Origin: Marsupella aquatica
Taxonomy: Eukaryota > Plantae > Marchantiophyta
Direction of reading: 5' to 3'
Length of the DNA stretch: 64,000 bases
Assembly: GCA_973895155.1 (NCBI GenBank)
Contig: OZ316899.1
Location: 10,939,135 to 11,003,134, forward strand
Program-made: the position numbers and the translations under genes
The notes under the pieces: model-generated
What the model saw: the letters and a program-made list of their open reading frames with translations, nothing else
Databases searched by the model: none
What the model was told of the DNA's origin: nothing
In this document: in pieces, positions 26,922 to 39,008 of the stretch
How the letters are laid out: each line of letters begins with the position of its first letter
Position numbering within the stretch: the first letter of the stretch is position 1

Positions 26922-28442
26922 ATGAGTACATTACTCACGTTTGTGTCTTGGAATGTATGCGGTCTGTGTGACCCTAATCGGAAACAGGTCGTCAAGAACT
27001 GGCTCTCCTCATTGAAGATACCACTTACAACACTTGCATTACAAGAAGTCAAGGCAGATCAATTTAGATTAGACATAGCTTTACGAGCTATTTTGCCCAG
27101 TTACCAACATCTCTCCTCCGCTCCCCATGATGGACGCGGGGGCATGTCTTTATTGCTGCATCCTTTGCTTAAGATCATTGAATCCAGGATCATTGATAAG
27201 GGCTGCGCTGTATGGGTCAGAGTGGAGCACTAGGAAGGAAAATTTGGTCTTGCAAGTATTTACGCTCCTAATATGGCCAGGGAGCAGGCGTTGCTTTGGC
27301 ATGAATTGAAGGCCTCATTGCCTCATGATAATTGGATTATTTGTGGCGACTTTAATATGACCAAAATGAGTATAGATTCAACTGGCTCTTCCCCCCTCAT
27401 CCATGGGCGTGAGGAAGAATTCTGGAGATTCTTGAAAATGCGCTTTGATGTAGTGGATGCCATCAGCATCAGTCACAAGTTTACAGGAGCAAATTTCACC
27501 TGGAGAAGGATTATTAATGGGAAGATCGTGCAATCACGACTTGACAGATTCTATTTCAGTGAGCGAGGATGGTGGACTGGAAGTGTCAAAGATTTATTGC
27601 ATGAAGGGAGCTCAGCTCTTTCAGACCATGATCCATGCATTATTAGATGTCGGCTCACTACCGTGGACACCTGTAATAATACTCAAAAGTTGTCATACTT
27701 CAAAGCAAATGCAGGTCTCCTAAAAAATGCGGCCAATATAGAACGGCTCAAATCTGCATGGGAAGGGGTGGATGTCGGTACCTTCGAACCGCATCTCAGG
27801 TTTAATCGTGCTTGCTGGAGACTACGGCAGGAGTACATGGGGCTCCAACGTGAGGTTTCGGGTAGAGAGATCAAAGTTCAGGATCTCAAAGAGAGTCTGC
27901 TCTCCTTGAAATTGGAACTCCTAAACAACTTCTCGGATGATGATCTGAAAGATTTTGCCACCACGGAGGATCAGGTAAGGATTGCTAAGCATGAGGAGGC
28001 CATGCAAGGCAGATGTCTCTCACGTATCAAATGGCTGGGACAAGGAGATGAGCCGTCAAAATTTTATTTTGCCATGCTTAAACAAAAGCAAATGAGGGAG
28101 ACAATGTTGGTGCTACTATTAGATGATGGCAAGACTATCACTAAGGAAAGCCTAATGTTAGCGGAAATTGAAAAGCAATTCTTGACATTATATGAGGCAC
28201 ACAATGAAGAGACACGGAGTGAGTCGGGGGACGTTCAGGCAGCAAGGCAGTGGCTATTTTCCAACACACAGAAGGCACTGACTGCCACGGAACTAGCAAA
28301 ACTCGAGCTCCCACCATCATTGGAGGAGGTCAAAGATACTCTGTGGTCCTTTCCGGTTGATAAAGCACCAGGGCCTGGTGGGTTAACGGCTGAAGTGTTC
28401 CAGAAGTGCTGGGACTTCATAAGTGATGACTTGTTGAGCATG
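26922..28442 (+). pseudogene. LINE ORF2, part 1 (APE endonuclease domain to start of the RT region)
   Basis: SWNVCGL, LQEVK, ICGDFN, SRLDRFY, SDHDP, DKAPGPGG. Stop at 27231-27233. Interrupted at DLLSM by MULE copy 2. Confidence 0.92.
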
Positions 28443-29747
28443 GGGTATTTACAAAAGATAGGAACCAGGAAACAATAACAGGAAATAGTTACTGTTACCA
28501 GGAAAACTGGAGGTAAAAACCGAAAACATCGGACCAAAAAAAGAATTACAAACAATCAAAATTAAAGCCCATTTGAGTCATTTTCATTAAAACCGTCTCA
28601 TTCTAGAGGAAATATCCCATCGGGTAGTCCGACACAAATTTGCGAGCTTTGCGCCCAGCGCTGGTATCAATGAAGCGAATGGAAAGGTTGTAGGGTTTCA
28701 TAGAAGAAGGAAAAAGTCAACAAAAATATACGTAACCTCAATCGAGAAGACAATGAGCGGCTGAAAATGAGTCAATTCAAATCAACAGAGGCGGGGTCAT
28801 ACAGCCACAATATCCGGATCTCGTTTCTAGCTTAAACCTCAAAATCCTGAAATCCATGTTTAACGCCATCGAGAGGAAAACCAGACATTGGAGATTGAGC
28901 TGATCCAAAATTTATTTACTTCAAAAATGGGCAAAAACATATCACCGAGATTACATGGGCGACGGAAAGCAATGAGTATAAGTAGCGCCCGACGCTAGCT
29001 TAAAACTACAAATCCCTCCCTTCCATGTGTAACGCCATGGAGAGGAAAATGGGTCGATCCAAAAAGCATTTCCTATCAAAATGGGCGAAAACATATTACC
29101 CAGATTACCAAATCCTAACAAAACATTCAGTACTGGAAAAAGGAGATGGAAACCATCAAGCTTTAGCAACGCTCGACGCTAGCTTAAATTGCGCTGCCTA
29201 GAAACCTAATCGCCGTAGGGATGCACTCCAAAATAACCTAAGCGCCTACGATTGGAACACCTTTAGCTCTATGATTGACAGTCATCATCGACTCCCGCCC
29301 TTGCCCGCTTGTAGTTTCTCTTGAATCCTAAACCCCTGAGCCGAATATAATTGGAAGAGGGAACTCGATGCTCAGCATGAGCTTGACCGGGGCCCCAAAA
29401 ATTTGCATCAAGGAAGTCGACGCGCCCCAATCGCTCTTGCACCCGACGTTCAATGGGCTGCTGACCATCATCAGGAATGACTTGATGAAACGAGAACCGA
29501 TCCGCAAATTCGCGTGGAGTCTGTCGGTCGCCAGTCCATGGAATATTTCTCTCCCTAGGACTAATTGCCTTGTCGTAAGGAAGAGAATTACGGTTCCAAA
29601 AAGTCAATGTCTTGGTCTCAGTGTCGACACGAACTGATTTGAAGGAGTTGAAGTGGCTCTCCAGCGGTCAAACTCGGGAAGGACTGAAGAAGGCAAGCAT
29701 CTCGTCCAACGACATTGGTTCCTTCCTCTCCATGTAATTGCACCCAT

Positions 29748-30082
29748 CTCGACAACGTCCACACGCAGCTCGACAACGTCCACACGCAGCTCGACAATGT
29801 CCACACGCAGCTTGACAACGTCCGCACCTTGCGTTAAGGTCCGCACCCAGCTCGACAACGTCCTCACCTTGCCTTAAGGTCCGCACCCAGCTTGACAATG
29901 TCCACACGCAGCTTGACAACGTTTGCACCTTGCCTTAAGGTCCGCACCCAGCTCGACAACGTTTGAACCTTGCCTTAAAGTCCGCAACCAGATCGACAAT
30001 GTCCGCACCTTTGGTTGACAACGTCCGCACCTTTATCGACAATGTCCGCACCTTTATCAACAACATCCGCACCTTTATCAAC
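29748..30082. repeat. Compound minisatellite (about 18-, 21- and 39-bp units, core GACAACGTCC(A/G)CAC)
   Basis: CTCGACAACGTCCACACGCAG repeats, then longer units containing CCTTGCCTTAAGGTCCGCACCCAG, then shorter GACAATGTCCGCACCTTTAT units. Confidence 0.9.
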
Positions 30083-30516
30083 CTAGTGACTCCAAAAGGT
30101 TGACATAGTGACTACCAAAGGATGGTGATTGGTGGACACCCATGACATGCAAGCTTCAACGGGCAGAGGACCGTTGAGTAAACAGTCCAATCGCGAAACG
30201 ATATTTTGAAATAGACCCGACTGAATTACGTAACGACAATATACGAATGGCGACAGGATGGCGACAAAACGCATGAACGATATTATGATGTAAAGGTTTG
30301 AGGAAAAATATGCACATTTGGGGAGCGCCCGGCGTTTAAAGGAAGAGACCAATTTAAAACCTTTTATACAAGAAATACATGTATCTCGATAACAGCGCCT
30401 GGCGCTACTGAAGACAACAAGTGGTTTTTAGAATTTTATTATGAGCATATGAAATGAAATACATGTCTTTTCATAACAACGCCCGACGCTAGTAAAAGCT
30501 GGAAAAGAAATATACA

Positions 30517-33500
30517 TCAATTATCAGTTTCTGATTGAGATTCCGATTCAGAGCTCTGTGATCTGTCGGTAGAGACTGCTTCGTCATCGACATGCTTGCT
30601 CTTAGAAACATTGTCTACATACGGGTTTCTAACAAACTTTTTGTCAACTCCTCTTCGAAGGCAGAGACCTTTGTTTTCCCACCACAGAGTCCTTTGACTA
30701 TCCTCCTTTCTCGCAGTGTTCTCAGCGTAAGACGGCAAAACAAATGGTTTCTCCGGTGTATCCATTTCAAAATGTGCAACTTTTCTTCTGAGTTGGAAGC
30801 GCTTTCTGGTATTCCATTTGGACCTAGGTAGATAACCAAGTAAGACAACCGATTGAAAGATACAATCAATAGCACAAAATGCATGAAGGAGCTGGAAAAG
30901 AGAAAGAAGCTTACAAGTTTCAGAACATTACTCGGAAGAGTCATCGCTATCACTCTCGCCAGCAGATTGCTCCTTACCCCCCCTGAGTTGTCTCCCCGTC
31001 CACTTCATCTGCTGTCCCCCCACTTGGCTCATCATCGGAGTCAAAATTAAGTACAGACCGGAGCTTGTCCCTCTTTTTCTTTTCCGGTGGTTGAATTGGG
31101 GGAGGCAATGTTTCTACTTCCTTAGAAGAGAGTAGATTTAAGAACACCTTGGAACCAGTTTCAACAAAATCCTTCTGATTCTCTAGTCCAATTACAAACC
31201 TCCCAGAATAGTCTCCAGCTACAAAAGAGCTACCCAAACCAAGTGTCCAATCTATGAAAATATCCCGAGGCCGAGTGATGAGCTCTATCACAGACTGCAT
31301 GAATCCAACCGACAAACGGGCATTCCCTGCAAATTCCATCTCAGGTGTTGGATCTATATTGAGAGTGGGAAGCCCAATTAAATTAGTGATGGAGGTATCT
31401 TCTGTAACAGACAGAGGTCTAAACCTCAAGTCCTTGGGTACTTTCCCTTTCTGAGATACTCGGCAAAAGAGGTCTAGCCTGAGCGTGAATATCTGCGTGA
31501 TAAACCAGGAATGATATGTCATTCCATGCATTCATACACATTCTTGAGTGTAAAAAACAGAGATCACGACTTGGAATTTACCTGTCGGTCAGTCTTCGGC
31601 GCGTACATAGGAACTGACATAACAACATTGTGTGTGGAGATGCAATGAAACTTCTTTGATTCCTGACATGCGGATATAACCTGAGACATAGGATCGTACT
31701 CCCATCATGCAAAACTGCTAGCATTCCATCATCTGATAAAAATGGGTCCATTCCACGAAAGAATGATGTTGCTAGTATGTGGTCGGGGGTATTCCATTTT
31801 GGGACTTTTCTGTCTAGCAGCGATGGTTTCAGACCCGTAGGAAGGTAAATGAATCCTACGTGTACTCCAAAGGATCTTTCCTTCCCCCCATGGACAATTC
31901 CCTTGTCTTGATATCCCGACTTCATGAGGTCCTTTGCCCATTTCTCTACACCATTTACCTAGTCAGGCTTCTCCTCTTTGTTGAACGTTGTGTCATAGAA
32001 TTCTGAGATGCTAGACTCAACCATGCAATGCCTTGAAAGAGTGTTTTTGAAGTCACCAACTTCACGTTGAACACCCGTTGCAGCCGCACTTTCTCGAGCG
32101 GAGGAGGATCCACCTTCAATTGCCCTTTTTTGCTTCTTTCTAGTACTGACCGCATCTACTGGAGCAATTGACTTCCCTTTCTTGACGGGTGTAAGTGGGT
32201 CAGATGGAGGCCTTGTATTGGCTTCAGATGCCTCTGGGGTGGCATCTATCTTTGTATCGCCACTGCCGATGCCGTCTGACTTTCTTCCTGCTCAAATGGA
32301 AGCCGATGTTAGATTTTGAGCGTATGGAAAATGCAAAGTATACTAACGCCTGGCGCTAGCCAAACTTTCTCGAAGAGATGGAAGAAAATATATATATTTC
32401 TGGAACAAATGAGACAAATGCAATCTAACATATATTGAATGGCATAGCAGCGCCAGGCGCTAACCAAAGAACTACAAATTATACTTATGTTTTTTCCCGA
32501 ACCTTGTTGATTCACTTGGGACAGCAGTATCAGCTTTCCCTTTCGCGCGAGGCTTCCGGCTTTGGTCAACGTGAACAACTGTGGTCTCACAGTTCATTTG
32601 CAATTCTGTTGTGGACTTATCTACATCGTCCGCTAGTCCCTGCTTCATGTCAGAAACAATATTGACTGGTATCTGGGACTTAGAGAGCTTGTGGAAAGCA
32701 TCCTTTTCTCGGTGATCAAAGGGCGAGTCCCATCTGTCTATATCTAGGTACCATGGACAGTGGGTTCTCTCCCATTCACTTAAAGGTCTTGCTGGGAAAA
32801 TTCCCTCCGCGGGGTACATAGAGTACAAATCAGATAAATTGTCACCTTCTGATATTACTGTCCACTTCTGAAAAGCGGCGGGATATGCCCAGAAGTAATC
32901 AGGTCTAGTTACTTCCATGTGGATGTAAAATCGGTAGAGGTACCTTTTTGCTCGCTTCTGGTTCTTCAAAGAGTAGTCCTCTTTGTCCAGATACTTTGAA
33001 GGCCACATTGTATTAAAAAACTTACTCTTCACCGAGTCTCTGTATCTCTTGAAGTCATTAGTAACTATATCAATGAGAGCTTCAAAAGATTCACATGCCC
33101 AGGCTTGCAAGCAATTCTCGGGAATGATTTGTTGGACCTCTCTCAAAGCACACTGTAACATCCCCATTGCAATCCCCTCTACATTGTTCCATGTAATCCA
33201 GGTATGACACCACTATTTTACTGGATCATCATTGACGTTGTTCGGATGGAAGAATTGCCTTCGGAGCTCCGGATTGCAATGGGCGACAAGAAAAGTACTC
33301 CTGAGCTTGGGTTCAAGTGCGGAAACAGCAGTAAAAAGCCTGACTCGGTCCATCGTACACAAGACGGTATCAAGTTTCTTCTCTCTCTTATTTCTCTCCG
33401 TCACAACATACATTTCTGCGCACGTAGACAGAAGTCCTCAAATTCTGGACTCAACAAAGGAGAGATTTTTGATGTTTTCATTGCCCACTCCTTGGTGGCC

Positions 33501-34653
33501 TCCTTCATCATTACGGCATGCCTTGTGGAAACCTCCTCGGCCGACCAAGGGGTACCTAGGGCCGCAGTGGACTCCATGTCAAGCTTGAACTGGTTAGAAT
33601 AGGATTTAATCTTATTCTCACATAGAATATAGACAAGAGCCTCTTGAGGCATCTTGTTCATGTACCGGGATCCTTTCCGCATCTTCAGCCTGATCTGCTC
33701 AAACTTCTTGTAATTTGTAGGGTCGATGAGCTTACTATAGTACTCCAGGTCGTGAATCAAAATCCTCTTGATTTGATCTGCGTCAAGGATCCATGACGGT
33801 TCGACCACGGCTTGTCCAAGCCTGAAGGAAAAGAAAGCAATTAGAAAAACATTTAAGTAGCGCCGAGCGCTCGTAAAACAATTCCTCTCCAACATATGCT
33901 ATAAAGACAAATTTACTGGTTCACGGTGTGCATCGCCGCTTCAATTTCAATCAGTGAACCCTTGTCCCCATTGAAGATAGTACAGAGCACTCGCGGGTGG
34001 TATTTCGGGTTTTCTGGATTCTCCTTAGTGACAAGCGTCCAGGAGTACAACCGATGGTTTCCGTCAAAAACTGAGAACATCTTATCCTTCAGAACAAGAA
34101 AATCGGGGTCTGCCACACATTCTTCCTCAAACTTTTTGTTTTTGGATATCCATATTGGATCCCAAGTATCACAAATTTCCTATGTGCAAGTGAGCGTCAC
34201 ACCCTCAGCGTCCGTTGGCTGAACATAAAACCTCATTCCTATCGACGAATTGTATCCCATACTACAAAAAGAGTCTTTCAACTTGTCAATGGAGGAGCTA
34301 TCTTTCTGCAAAGTGCGCACGACCTCCATGTGCACCAATCAACACAATGGAATCCTAGGAGGCTCTTTGTTAAACCCTTGGAAATCCTTCCCAAAGAACA
34401 TGACATGTTTTGAAATAAGGTCGGTCTCCAAGAACGAGACATCTCCGATTGAAAATGTGTCAACATTCTCCATCTTTTTTTGCGTCGGCTTCAAAAAAAA
34501 ATTACTTGAGATGGGAACAAGCGATGCGCTTGACCTCATCACTCAACGTGTATACACCGAACCTGAAAATGAAGACTCAGAAGACTCGCAATAGCCATGA
34601 TCACGATCCCCAACAACACTATACCCCCTCGACGAGGAGGGGACTGCATCCAT
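30517..34653 (-). pseudogene. MULE accessory gene copy 2: ParB/Srx-like N-terminal domain, helical region and degenerate beta-class N4C/N6A DNA methyltransferase fold
   Basis: ParB-like region VVRTLQKDSSSIDKLKDSFCSMGY...VFDGNHRLYSW (DGNHR at 34051-34065). MTase-like region HVGFIYLPTG, FLSDDGMLAVLH and RLSVGFMQSVIELITRPRDIFIDWTLGLGSSFVAGDYSGRFVIGLE. About five exons with GT-AG introns; a few stops and frameshifts. The start codon is approximate. Confidence 0.75.
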
Positions 34654-35170
34654 TGTCTCCCGCGATGAGTGTTGTACGAACGGTCGTACACTACAATTCT
34701 CACGATCGAGTACTGAATCTCCATGCCAAATTAATAGTTGATGGAGTATTATACCCAATTGATCAGTGCTATCTCCCTCCATGTAATCTATTTACGAGAC
34801 GTTACGATGAAATTGGGTATACTTATCGTTAAAACAAAGCGACAATCTAAGAACTATGACAGATATTAATGTAAAATCCGCTAAACTATTTTTGTGAAGA
34901 TCACGCTAACCGTAGTTACCGTTAAATATTACCGTTGACCAGACTACTAAAACTTGGTAATGCATTGCTAGCGTCGGGCGCTAGTCAAACTGTACCCACA
35001 TTGGTCATAAAGTTTAATGTGTTCAATAGATAGCGCCAGGCGCTACCCATTCCGTGGTCTATTCACGATGCTATTTTTGGTCCCAGTTTATGTGAAATTT
35101 TTGAAAATGAAGAACTTTAGGACGTAGGAAGTTTAATTTTGTTCACATTTGGTCCTTAAATATGGTGTAC

Positions 35171-38100
35171 TGTGACACGGGTAACGTGTCACTTGACCGA
35201 ACCCAGGTCGTAGATTAGGACTTATACGGTCATTAGGACCGTAGCCATAGCATAGAATAGCACGTATAGCCGTCAAGTTGCCATTATGATTAGATTAGGA
35301 GTAGGTTAAGATAACCGAATAATTACGAGTTCAGGAAAGGGATTATTACGCGCGACCGAGGTACGGTGGCGGCAGCGGAGTAAAAATCAGTTAGAAGAAT
35401 CACGCTTGGACCGAGACGCCGACTTCAGCTCGTTATCAATGACCAAACGGCCTGACCTTCTCACGCTCGGGCTTGTCCGGGCACCCCCATAAGAGAGGAG
35501 CCGATGGCACTGCGGGCCATTCGCTCACGTTTACCTTTTTGGAATTCACGGACGCTGCCATCCGCTCGCCTTTTTGATTGAATCCAGTCGACCTTTACGA
35601 GGAAATTATCGAGGGAGAAGAGCGGAATGTGGCGAGATTTAGTCAGGACGAGCGAGGCCTCCGCGAAAAAGGACCAGCCAGGTGGGAACGTGGACGCAAC
35701 GAACCGGACTACGAGGTTAGTATGACCCTCACAGCCTTGGGATTTTGGACCTTGTTTGGCGAGGTAGGTGCTAAGTTCTCTGAGACTTACTGGTACTCTT
35801 GCCCCGAGAAAGCCGCTTACGAACGAAGGTACGCGAAGCTGGTAACCAAGGTAGCACTGGTTAATTGTGAAAGGACAGCCATCACCAGGGATTCTAGCTA
35901 TAACAAGCTGCGAGACTACATCACCGAACTATATCTCAGCGAGGAAGGGCTTAGATCGGTAGCAGAGGCGATTCTTGAGGTTCCAGCTAAGTTCTTTAAG
36001 CTGAAGGGCAACCAGCGGCTTACTCAAGCGGAGTTCGACAAGATTCCGGGGTACCTAGACCAGCAGATCACAGCCGAAAAGCGCCAAGAAGACATCAGCA
36101 GACAACGGGAAGCGGCGCGTAATCTCACGTTCATCGGGGAAAGCTCCAACGCCTTCAACTGGGATATGGCTACCCCAGCGCCTCAACCGATGACCACCGG
36201 AGTACCGCCAAACCAGTCCCAAGTCCATCCAGTAATCAACGCGGAGTGTTCTTCGGGTTCCGAGCGAGCTAGTCCGCAACTCGAACAGCGTCCTCATAAG
36301 CGGTCAAGGACTACGACGGCCCCCGAATCAACACGGACCGACGCCGCGCCTGCACCTGCCCCGGCAAACCCCCCGACCAACCAGACCCGACGGCCCCCGG
36401 ATAACCCGAAGTCCAACTTATTACAGGTAATCCGCGTCCCCGAGGTAGTCTGGATCGCGATCAAGAAACTCGAACATGCCGACTATCTCAAGGAGCATCA
36501 GTTGGAGCGGTTTGCCCACTTACTATGGAGGCCGTGCGCCGCCGGGCGGAAGGAGATTTGTGAGTTCATCTCCAATTTCGACACTGATGCGTCAACCACC
36601 AAGGTTTCGGGGCAGACCTTATCACTCACGGAGCATCGGTTAACGCAAATTTTTGGCCTACCAACCGGGCCGGTGCCGGTGGAAATCCAAATTCGGGATA
36701 AGGAGTATACGCCGCGGCACTTCAAACCCGAGGGTAAGACGGACAACGGATACAAGCAGGGGGCGTGCACTAACTTAACCTGTATGGAGCGGCTTAACTT
36801 CATACGGACTACCCTACACATGATTGAGCCACGATCCGAGATTTCCCTCTGCACGATAGTGCAGGTGGAACAGTACAAACGACGAAACTGGGCCCAATTC
36901 TTCTACCGAAGATTCTCGGGGGAGCTGAAGCGGGCTCAGGGTGGTATGGCTATTGGAGGGAAGACTTACTTGGGGAGTCATATCGCCATTATCCTCGCCT
37001 GGTACAAGGCACGGCGGGAGGCCAGAGGAAATAATACGGCCACCTCAGCCCCGAGTAATGTCACCCCCGCCCCAGAGGAGGCAACCCCGACTACGCGGAC
37101 TACTGTCCCTCGGACAAACCCCGAGCCGGAAGCCCCGACTAATACTCCGCAACCGCCCCCTGTGGAAATTCCACCGCCTCCTTCCGTTGAGCCTCTGCTA
37201 CCTGTAGTACAACCACCCCCAATCCCTCCACCACCTGAAGAAACCTTCCCCTCCCCAGCGCTGACTACGGAGGAGCTCGTTGCCCCTGCCGAGGAACCAC
37301 CGGTACCCGAGAGGATGGAGGACTACCAAGTAGCCCCGGGGACCATGGCCTACGACCTAGTCCAGAAGTTTAGCCAGACTATGTCTGGGGAGTTGGCGAC
37401 ATACATCGGACAACAAGTCTCGGCGTACTTTCAGCCAGCCTTCTTCATGTTAGAGCACCAACCACGGATCGTCAGCCGCTTGGAAGAAGAACTCATGGCG
37501 AAGGGGAATGAGATCGGGCGTCTCCAGATGCTGGTAGAGCACCTCGAGGAGGAGGCAACGACCCGCCGCGAGGATTTAGTCCGCACTGTCGAACAGAGGG
37601 ACGGACTAACCCAGGAGTTAAGCGGAGCGCAGGCCGAACTCAAGAAGCTGGACAACACCGTGCTTCAATTACGCTCAGAATCTTCGGCTCGGGTTACCAG
37701 CCTGACCGACCTCAACAAACAATTCCTGCAGGCAGCACAGCAGGTGGCTAGTCTCTCCGCCGAACGAGATAAATTGCTAGCGCAGGACCAGGTCCATCGC
37801 GACGCCATCGACCAGCTCAACTTGGAGGTGGCGCGGCTCCAGACTGAAGCCGACGAAGCTGCAAACGAGGCGGAGGAAGCATTACGGGACAACAAGGCTT
37901 TGCAGGACCGCGTCACCCTGCTCGTCCTCCAGCGGGGAAAACCTGGGCCCACCTCTGATCAAGGCGGCTCGAGGTCTCGCCCCGACAAGGGGACCAGCCC
38001 TGGTCCAACCACTGCACACACGTAAGGGGTAGTTAGCGAAGGGTAGAAGCAGGCGCCGCGCGAAGCGGTTAAGTCAGCGGCATCTTTTAGTTAGGCGTAA

Positions 38101-39008
38101 TGACAGAATGACTGTCATTAGGCGCCGATTAGCGGCAGTAGGAAGAATTAGGGCCGGTCAGTTAGGATCAGCCAACGTAGGATTGAGTCCATCAACGGAC
38201 TAGAGTTTGTCAGTAGGCTTGGCCGCTGCCATTCTGGTTGGCACACTCGTAGTCGACGGTCAACCGGTCAGTGTAGCGCGACCGGTAGTCAGCAGTTAGT
38301 TAGTCAGTAGGTAGTACCCCGGAAGGTAGTATCCTCCGGTTCTCTTCCGCTATGGTAGTATTTAGGCTTCCCCTTCCGCGATGGGAAGCGGGAGAAGGCT
38401 TAGTTATCTCAGCAGAAGAAAGGCGAGGCACGGGGAGTCCCGGCCTGAGTAGGGTCAGAGCGTACCAAGGAGTGAGAGCCAGAGTCGAGCTTGCTGGGCA
38501 AGTGTGAGGCAGGGCCTCGTAGAGACTGGGCATCGACTGCCGTTGGGCCTGCTGACCCCCTTTGAAGTCGAGTCAACCATGTAAACTGATGCTTCGCTGA
38601 GTAAATGTAGTCTTTTCCCCTTAATGTTTCTGAGAGTAACTGGTGTTGTGTGTATGCTTTGTCCGGGCAAAGGCGCCATTTTAAGGGACGTATCGGGTGC
38701 GGACTAATGGTAGGGATTGCCGCTCATTGCATGTCACAAGGTCCTGTCACGTCGATGGCTTGAAAAGCCCCAAGTCGGGAGTTAGTCCGCGTCACTAACT
38801 GAGGGAAAATTCCAGCGGTGGAAAATAAATATACCTATGACAAGTACGAATTATGCGAGTGTTATACCAGTAAGTATAGCGGCTTAGCCCGACTTAGGGC
38901 TATTGAAGGTCACTACACACCTCCTTGCCCGAACCCTCATCCCTACTGGTGGTCGAGGTCGCACCACGACACTAACCCGGATTTAAGGCCCAGGGTAGGG
39001 GTGCGACA
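35171..39008 (+). mobile_element. 3,838-bp solo-LTR-like element with 5-bp TSD, inserted between the two MULE genes
   Basis: TGTGAC...GGGGTGCGACA termini and TSD TGTAC at 35166-35170 and 39009-39013. No internal LTR pair, gag or pol seen. Confidence 0.85.
35578..38025 (+). CDS. Uninterrupted ORF of about 815 codons: retrotransposon accessory-type protein (globular domain, Pro-rich linker, long coiled coil)
   Basis: No stops over 2.4 kb. The central domain LSLTEHRLTQIFGLPT...NWAQFFYRRF...YLGSHI is shared with 25065-26042, and the C-terminus has heptad repeats. The true start codon is uncertain because the ORF opens with TTG. Confidence 0.75.
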   Translation: MNPVDLYEEIIEGEERNVARFSQDERGLREKGPARWERGRNEPDYEVSMTLTALGFWTLFGEVGAKFSETYWYSCPEKAAYERRYAKLVTKVALVNCERTAITRDSSYNKLRDYITELYLSEEGLRSVAEAILEVPAKFFKLKGNQRLTQAEFDKIPGYLDQQITAEKRQEDISRQREAARNLTFIGESSNAFNWDMATPAPQPMTTGVPPNQSQVHPVINAECSSGSERASPQLEQRPHKRSRTTTAPESTRTDAAPAPAPANPPTNQTRRPPDNPKSNLLQVIRVPEVVWIAIKKLEHADYLKEHQLERFAHLLWRPCAAGRKEICEFISNFDTDASTTKVSGQTLSLTEHRLTQIFGLPTGPVPVEIQIRDKEYTPRHFKPEGKTDNGYKQGACTNLTCMERLNFIRTTLHMIEPRSEISLCTIVQVEQYKRRNWAQFFYRRFSGELKRAQGGMAIGGKTYLGSHIAIILAWYKARREARGNNTATSAPSNVTPAPEEATPTTRTTVPRTNPEPEAPTNTPQPPPVEIPPPPSVEPLLPVVQPPPIPPPPEETFPSPALTTEELVAPAEEPPVPERMEDYQVAPGTMAYDLVQKFSQTMSGELATYIGQQVSAYFQPAFFMLEHQPRIVSRLEEELMAKGNEIGRLQMLVEHLEEEATTRREDLVRTVEQRDGLTQELSGAQAELKKLDNTVLQLRSESSARVTSLTDLNKQFLQAAQQVASLSAERDKLLAQDQVHRDAIDQLNLEVARLQTEADEAANEAEEALRDNKALQDRVTLLVLQRGKPGPTSDQGGSRSRPDKGTSPGPTTAHT

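Noticed and set aside
29748-30082. Possible CRISPR array
   Set aside because: Units are contiguous with no unique spacers, no cas genes are present, and the context is eukaryotic. It is a minisatellite.
30517-34653. Bacterial or phage contamination explaining the ParB/MTase motifs
   Set aside because: The gene has GT-AG introns, occurs in three diverged copies, and lies within a TSD-bounded element inside a plant LINE.
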